IMG/VR virus record: IMGVR_UViG_3300045988_175388
Direction: 5' to 3' (one strand)
Length of the DNA stretch: 36,202 bases
From: a virus
The notes below the pieces were generated by a model, which worked only from the letters and a program-made list of their open reading frames with translations, searched no databases and was not told the origin of the DNA. Positions 30,728 to 36,202 of the stretch are shown here, one piece after another; within the stretch, counting starts at the first letter, position 1, and every line of letters starts with the position of its first letter. The translations under genes and the position numbers were made by a program.

Positions 30728-30770
30728 GGCGGACTAGTATACCTAGTCTGCCTTGTGAATTTTATTAATT
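30728..30770 (+). terminator. intrinsic terminator-like hairpin after amidase
   Basis: AGGCGGACTAG-TATAC-CTAGTCTGCCT followed by a T-rich tract. Confidence 0.5.
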
Positions 30771-31061
30771 TTTTTGGGCAATTTCAATAATTTCAACTAA
30801 TAAATTGTGCATTCTATCAATAAACGAATGATACCCATTAGTTTGTGAATCCATTTGATTAAAAGTTTCTAAATAATTATTAGATAAATTTGAAAGTGCA
30901 TTTGCAACAGGATTACTTTCTGATAGTTCATTTATAATTTCAAGTTCTATCTTTTTTTCATTTTCACTTCTTGGCGTTGAAAAATCTTTTTTTTCATAAA
31001 AATCTTTTAATCTTATATAAGTATCAAGATTCTTTTCTTCAATCATATGTCTAAGTTTCAT
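30765..31061 (-). CDS. hypothetical protein
   Basis: 98 aa on the minus strand with AAAGGAGGAAT RBS. Confidence 0.6.
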   Translation of the reverse strand: MKLRHMIEEKNLDTYIRLKDFYEKKDFSTPRSENEKKIELEIINELSESNPVANALSNLSNNYLETFNQMDSQTNGYHSFIDRMHNLLVEIIEIAQKN

Positions 31062-31334
31062 AATTTTATTCCTCCTTTTTTTCTACACTATATCACATTA
31101 AAATTAAAAATATTGTCAAAATTTGTCGAAAAAGATAAAAATAAATTTTAAAACAAAATTTGAACCATAAAACTATATTAACTAAAAATAAAAACGGCTT
31201 AAAATGGATTGTTATGACTCGATAAAAAAGTAAAATTTGCTGAATTTTACTTAATTTGACAAAAATAAAATTTTAAAATAAAATATTGCAAAATCATAAT
31301 TTTATGATAAAATATTGTTGGGGGAAATACAAAA

Positions 31335-32155
31335 TGTTTAAAATGGCTGGTTTAGTACTAAAGACAATAGTAACAATATTAATTGTATTTTCGGTACCGT
31401 TTATTATACCGTTATTTTTAAAGTTATTATTGAATTGGGGAGCATTTGAAAATTTAGAGGAACTAAAAGAGATAATAAGTATTTTAAATAATAAATATAC
31501 ATTGATATATATATGTATTGGAATAACGCTAATAGGAATTTATTTTCACAAGTGGGATGGTTTTAAAGTTGTAACATTAGATTTGTTAAAAGGAATGAAA
31601 TTAAAATTTGAACATGGCGAAAACTCATTATCTGCTGAATTGGCTAAGGCAGAAGTTCATGAAAGCGAAAAGAAAAAAGAAGCTGTCTCAGAAATTTTGG
31701 ATTCCAACAAAGATATAGATACAACGGTATTCAACCAAGAAGTAAGACAAGCGTTAGGAATACAAGGAAAGAAAAATAAAAATACAAAATGCAATGAATG
31801 TGATAAAATAGAAATTATACAAGAAAATGTAAAATTAAGAAATTTTGCAGCATATAATATGTTGAATAGAGATGCAAGAACAGCACTACATGTTATATAC
31901 AATGAGAATTATATGAAAAAAGAAGAATTTAAAAGTCAGATAATAAAAGGATATAAAAAACGAAATAAGAAGAATATAAAATTAGCAAGACAAGATATAA
32001 ATAAAATAGCTCAAAATAAATACGACACAATTTATGATGGTCTAAAATTTTTAAACATAATAGAACCTTCTGAGGATGATACAATAATTAAGCTTACAAA
32101 AGAAGGAAAAGAATTTGTTGAAAAATATATAGAAAAAGAGGAAGAGGTGGTCTAG
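31335..32155 (+). CDS. two-TM protein with cytoplasmic domain; candidate toxin partner of the Panacea protein
   Basis: GGGGG RBS and ATG 31335 (MFKMAGLVLKTIVTILIVF...); two TM segments, helical HTH-like C-terminus; 1-nt gap to next ORF. Confidence 0.5.
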
Positions 32156-32156
32156 T

Positions 32157-32582
32157 ATGGAAATTAACGCAACAAGAGTTGGTCAATACTTCTTATCCAA
32201 AAATCAAGATTTGACAGATATCCAAATTCAAAAATTAGTATATTATGCATACTCGTGGTACATGGTATTACACAATAGTAAAAAAATATTCAATGAACAA
32301 CCAGAGGCTTGGATTCATGGACCGGTTTTTAGATCTCTTTTTGAGAGCATGAAAAGATATGAAGTATTTTCGAATTTAAGTGAAGTTGAAAAAATAGGAG
32401 AATCTAATGCACATTTTTTAGACAAAATATATGATGTATATGGAAAATATTCAGGAAATATTTTAGAAAGAATGACTCATTCAGAATCACCCTGGATAAA
32501 AGCAAGAAAAGGATTAAAGCCATATGAACATTCTCAAAATAAAATCAAAGATAGAGATATAATTGAATGTTATAGTAAATAA
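32157..32582 (+). CDS. Panacea domain (SocA/DUF4065-like) antitoxin-type protein
   Basis: VGQYFLSKNQDLTDIQIQKLVYYAYSWYMVLHNSKKIFNEQPEAWIHGPVFRSLFESMK: typical Panacea N-terminal signature. Confidence 0.85.
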   Translation: MEINATRVGQYFLSKNQDLTDIQIQKLVYYAYSWYMVLHNSKKIFNEQPEAWIHGPVFRSLFESMKRYEVFSNLSEVEKIGESNAHFLDKIYDVYGKYSGNILERMTHSESPWIKARKGLKPYEHSQNKIKDRDIIECYSK

Positions 32583-32587
32583 AAAAG

Positions 32588-32620
32588 AAAGAACTAGCAC
32601 AAACTAGTTCTTTTTCTTTT
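32588..32620 (+). terminator. intrinsic terminator
   Basis: AAAGAACTAG-CACAAA-CTAGTTCTTT followed by TTCTTTT. Confidence 0.65.
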
Positions 32621-32670
32621 AGAATATAGTCCAAAATATAAAAAGACTAGTCAAACTAATCTTTTCGATT

Positions 32671-32880
32671 TTATTTTTTTAATTCTTCTGGTGAATCTTT
32701 TTCAGTAATATTTAGATCATCGAGTGCATGATTTGTAGCAGCTACTACAAAAGCACTAAAACTATATTTTGTACCTGTTATTGCTTTTTCAACTCTTTCT
32801 ATTGTACTATTAGGAAATCTAATTGCCTTTTGTGTTGATGATGGTATTACAGGTAATTTAAACTTTGACATATCCAACAA
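32671..32880 (-). CDS. small RHH/DUF1778-like antitoxin-type protein
   Basis: KAIRFPNSTIERVEKAITGTKYSFSAFVVAATNHALDDL. Confidence 0.45.
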   Translation of the reverse strand: MLDMSKFKLPVIPSSTQKAIRFPNSTIERVEKAITGTKYSFSAFVVAATNHALDDLNITEKDSPEELKK

Positions 32881-33119
32881 ATCCTTTCTTTATTTATTGT
32901 TATTATATATTGCAAAATGCAATGCGTATATATTACATTTTGTATACTGCTTTGGTATACAATTATAAGCATTATACTTTAAAAGCAAAGAAAATGTTTA
33001 AGTTTTTTATAAAAAGCCTTATTTCTTATATGAAAAATTATCATCTTTCCAATCAATGCATTTACAATCTTTATATAATATGTTATAATGAATATATTAT
33101 ATAAAGAAGTGAGAAAAGT

Positions 33120-33434
33120 ATGGATAAAAATGAATTAAAAAAATATTGTATAAATATGTTTGTGAATGGAATTACACTTACAAATATAGCTAAAAGCACC
33201 GGATTTTCAAGAACATACATTACTAATCTTATAAAAAATGATAAAAAATATTTACATATTAAAGATAATAGAAAAATAAAAGTTTATAAAAGAAAGAATT
33301 ATAAGCAAATGACAATACATATTCCAACCGAGTTTATAAAAGGAATAGGTATTTCAGAAAATAAAACCATCGAAGAATTTGTGAATATTTTTTATGATAG
33401 ATTTAATAACCAAATAATTATCAAAAAGATATAG
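33120..33434 (+). CDS. HTH DNA-binding protein, possible integrase-linked regulator
   Basis: MFVNGITLTNIAKSTGFSRTYITNLIKNDKKY. Confidence 0.55.
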   Translation: MDKNELKKYCINMFVNGITLTNIAKSTGFSRTYITNLIKNDKKYLHIKDNRKIKVYKRKNYKQMTIHIPTEFIKGIGISENKTIEEFVNIFYDRFNNQIIIKKI

Positions 33435-33539
33435 TGAAGTTGTATTCGCTATATTTTTTTAAACTTTTTGTTGCATTTACTGAGTAAATGTGTTAAAATA
33501 TATAACTGTTAACATAAATTAAAGAAAGGAGGAAATATT

Positions 33540-34503
33540 ATGCTAACCAAAAAGAAATTAATACCAAAGATTTTAGAAAATTACCTAGATTATTTAATTG
33601 CTATAAAAGGGTGTTCTCTTAATACTTCTAAAGCTTTTTCATCGGATATAATGTTGTTTTTTACTTTTGTACAAAAATATAAGAATATTCCCGTTTCTAC
33701 TAATTCTTTTAATATTTTTATCATACTCCAAATAAAAGAATCTGATGTATTTGCTTTTTTAGTATATTTAAATTATAGTAGAGATAATAATGCATACACA
33801 AGACAAAGAAGAATTACAGCTATAAAAAGCTTTTATAAATGGATATTTTCAGTATATCCAAAAATCACCAGTCAGAAAATGAATCCAACATTAGGAATAC
33901 CATTCATAAGAAAAATAGAAAGATTACCTCAATATTTAAAGTTAAGTCAAGCAAAAGAAATTCAAAATATTTTTAATCCATCAAATACGAGATTTCCAAA
34001 GAGAAACAACGCAATAATAACATTATTTCTTTCATCAGGAATAAGATTATCAGAATTAATAAACATTGATATAGCAGATATAAATTTTGATAATAATAAT
34101 ATTATTATATTTCGGAAAAAATAATAAAGAAAGAATAATTTATTTTAGTAATTATTGCAAAGAAAAAATACAAGAATATTTAAATACAAGAAAACCAAAT
34201 GATAATAAAGCTCTTTTTATAAATAGATATGGAAATAGGGTAGGAATTGATGCCGTAGAGAATATATGTAAAAAAGCTTACAAATTATTAAAAATAAATA
34301 ATTCAAATTTTACGACTCATACTTTGAGACATACAGCTGCTACAATAATGTATACATATGTGAAAGAAGATATTTTACTTTTAAAAAGTTTTTTAGGACA
34401 TACGAGCATTGTAAGTACTCAAATATATACACATTTAAATAATAATGAATTAAAAGAAGCTGTAAATAAAAATCCATTAAATAATTATAAGAAGGGGGAA
34501 TAG
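33540..34503 (+). CDS. tyrosine recombinase/integrase (XerC/D-like), split by a +1 frameshift at CGG (34113-34115); fused product 320 aa
   Basis: GIRLSELINIDIADINFDNNNIIIF-GKNNKERIIYFSNYCKEKIQEYL...THTLRHTAATIMYTYVKED...LLKSFLGHTSIVSTQIYTHLN. Catalytic R is in frame 0; beta-hairpin K, HxLRH, GH and Y are in frame +1. Confidence 0.9.
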
Positions 34504-34505
34504 GG

Positions 34506-34775
34506 GTGAAATTAGATTTTGATGTTGATTCTATACGTAATAATAAAATTGAGTTATTAGACTGCCAGATTGATTTAATTTTAAGAAGTTTAGAATTTTA
34601 TTGTTATACATATGAATTTATTTATCCAAGAACAAATAAATCAAAATCTACAGAAGAAAATTTAAGAATTTCGTTAGTAACAGATACTTATCATCAAATC
34701 CTTGAACAATTTAAAAAGTCTAAAACCAATAATCCAATTTTAGATCAAGATAAAAAAATTTATAAAATTTTATAA
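34506..34775 (+). CDS. hypothetical protein
   Basis: GTG start, 89 aa, immediately after integrase. Confidence 0.5.
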   Translation: MKLDFDVDSIRNNKIELLDCQIDLILRSLEFYCYTYEFIYPRTNKSKSTEENLRISLVTDTYHQILEQFKKSKTNNPILDQDKKIYKIL

Positions 34776-34782
34776 AAAAGTA

Positions 34783-34813
34783 TTGACACATGTATTTACC
34801 ATGTGTTATAAAT
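34783..34813 (+). promoter_or_regulatory. sigma-70-like promoter with embedded dyad
   Basis: TTGACA (34783-34788), TTATAA/TATAAA near 34807-34813; ACACATG-TATTTAC-CATGTGT inverted repeat (34786-34806). Confidence 0.5.
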
Positions 34814-34950
34814 TAATCAAGATAAGTTTTTACTTTTTTGATGTTTTGAAATAAAATTATTTTTGAAATATGAAAAGAATTAAAAATTATAATTTGCATA
34901 TAAAAAGTAGCAGGGAGGATATAAAATCCTTATATTTAATTATACACAAC

Positions 34951-34978
34951 ATTGCACAAAATCAAAGTTTTGCGCAAT
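34951..34978. repeat. inverted repeat
   Basis: ATTGCACAAAA-TCAAAG-TTTTGCGCAAT, 11-nt arms with one mismatch; ATTGCGCAAAA recurs at 35648-35658. Confidence 0.5.
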
Positions 34979-35589
34979 AAGGCGTAGGAGTAAAATATAT
35001 AGGCATACCATTTAATGCCTTACAACCACTTTACTTACAACCAACCCTCTTATAGCTTGCTATCAAATATCGTTTGACTAATGTTATTACTTTATATATT
35101 TAATATTGTTAGTCTTGTCCCAGATTTTTTATCTTATTTCAATTCATAATTGAATCTTAACTGATTTTATAATTTATCCTTTATAATTTTATATTCAAAT
35201 TATTTTTTATATTAAAATTTTACAAAAATCTCTAAAATCTTCAAATCACTATATTTGCCGTATTTTTGCAACAACAAACTATATGTCTTTAAAATAAAAA
35301 CGCCTTAAAATCGATTCTCGTGTGTCACTTTTTTGACCATTTTTTGCATATTTTAGAAATACCTGATTTATCAATATTTCACTAGCTTTATATAATATTT
35401 CTTATAAATTATATATTTAGGTTTTAAATTTTAAACATATAACTTGCTTGACTTTATATAAAATTGCCTTAAAAGCAATTTTGAAGTGTCTAATTTATAA
35501 ATAATATTATTAGTTTAATAATTAAAGTCAATTCTTAAAAATTTATAAAATAATTATTGATTATATCAATAAAATATTATCAAAAATCA

Positions 35590-35631
35590 TTTTATACAAA
35601 TGTTCGGTTTGAATTTTTTGTTTGTATAAAA
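35590..35631. repeat. inverted repeat
   Basis: TTTTATACAAA ... TTTGTATAAAA, perfect 11-bp arms, 20-nt loop. Confidence 0.5.
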
Positions 35632-35794
35632 TTATTATAAATTTCACATTGCGCAAAATTAAAACTTAATTTAAAAAATTACAAATTTCAAAATTTTATT
35701 TTAACTTTTAATTTTAATTTTTAATTTTATTTTAAATTATATTTTATATTTTATGATTTTGTTCTATAAAAATTTTTTAGAAATATTTTTTGTA

Positions 35795-36202
35795 GTGAAA
35801 ACAGTTGAAAAAGGTACTGGATCGAATAAAATAAGGACACAGCTCAGAAGCAATCCATCAAGTTTTCAAAGTATCAAAATCGATAATACAAAAATGGGAA
35901 AAACAGCTGAAAGAAATGAGGAATTTAGAAAAAAAGAGCTGCACAGAAGTTTCCGTAAAACCAATCCGAAAAAGCTGAAAGCATATGTTACAAAGCCCCC
36001 AGCCATATACCAGTGGGAAATGGTTGAGGCATTTGAGTGCAGTGAAAACGGTATTCGATATGCATTGCGGCGGGGTAAGATCACACAAAAAAAGACGACC
36101 GGCTACATAGAACAGGATCAGCAAAAAGTAGCAGCGTATTTCGTGGGCGAAGGTATCGGTGCTGCGGCATTGTTGTTGCTCTTCTACGAACAAGTTTTGA
36201 GC
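35795..36202 (+). pseudogene. decayed IS630-family transposase N-terminal region (continues past window end)
   Basis: HQVFKVSKSIIQKWEKQLKEMRNLEK then, after a frameshift in the A7 run (35929-35935), KELHRSFRKTNPKKLKAYV...QWEMVEAFECSENGIRYALRR...ITQKKTTGYIEQDQQKVAAYF. Clear GC increase relative to phage. Confidence 0.65.

Noticed and set aside
354-34115. Five split genes explained as sequencing or assembly indels
   Set aside because: All five share the same extra C immediately before GGA, always forming an in-frame CGG-A, in mostly non-homopolymer contexts; AT-rich homopolymers, where errors would be expected, are intact throughout the rest of the phage genes. Read-level confirmation is still required.
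354-34115. Five split genes explained as prophage decay
   Set aside because: Large genes such as the 8-kb polyvalent ORF, terL, portal and capsid are intact. Random decay would give varied indels and stops rather than one repeated signature with intact downstream frames.
1-34503. TGA or TAG stop-codon reassignment
   Set aside because: TAA, TAG and TGA all serve as plausible stops at tightly packed gene boundaries (e.g. TGA at 1244-1246 and 5532-5534), and large ORFs are open in the standard code.
34776-35794. CRISPR array, retron or tRNA gene in the non-coding region
   Set aside because: No regularly spaced direct repeats, no reverse transcriptase, and no tRNA T-loop/CCA-type pattern recognised; a tRNAscan/Infernal run would be decisive.
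35858-36193. Minus-strand 111-aa ORF at the right edge
   Set aside because: The plus strand there shows IS630 transposase similarity, so the antisense ORF is probably incidental.

Overview
The window is mostly an AT-rich (roughly 28% GC by eye) integrated podovirus-like phage of a low-GC Gram-positive bacterium. Left to right: early/replication genes (DnaD-like protein, YopX-like, HAD-like, dUTPase, HTH proteins); packaging and virion genes (TerS, TerL, portal, scaffold, N4-gp56-type capsid, connector/tail, a 2655-aa polyvalent internal protein, tail fibre); lysis genes (XhlA-like, holin, amidase); accessory genes (Panacea-domain protein with an upstream partner, small HTH protein); a tyrosine integrase; about 1 kb of non-coding DNA; and a decayed IS630-like transposase in higher-GC DNA. 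The most important observation: five genes are each split into two ORFs, and every junction has the same architecture. An in-frame CGG is followed by A, and skipping one nucleotide (the C) reads GGA (Gly) and restores the expected full-length protein. The genes are the DnaD-like protein (354), TerS (6831), tail fibre (28012), CBM-like tail/lysis protein (29285) and integrase (34113). In my manual scan these five are the only in-frame CGG codons in predicted phage genes, while about 60 other CGG trinucleotides occur out of frame. This suggests a systematic CGG-A directed +1 frameshift (or a CGGA four-base Gly codon) rather than five independent mutations. Secondary observations are a candidate small RNA with terminator upstream of terS, a possible PanAT-type toxin-antitoxin pair, a promoter with embedded dyad leading into a ~1 kb ORF-free region, and the architecture of the polyvalent protein. 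All calls are from reading the sequence; no searches were run.
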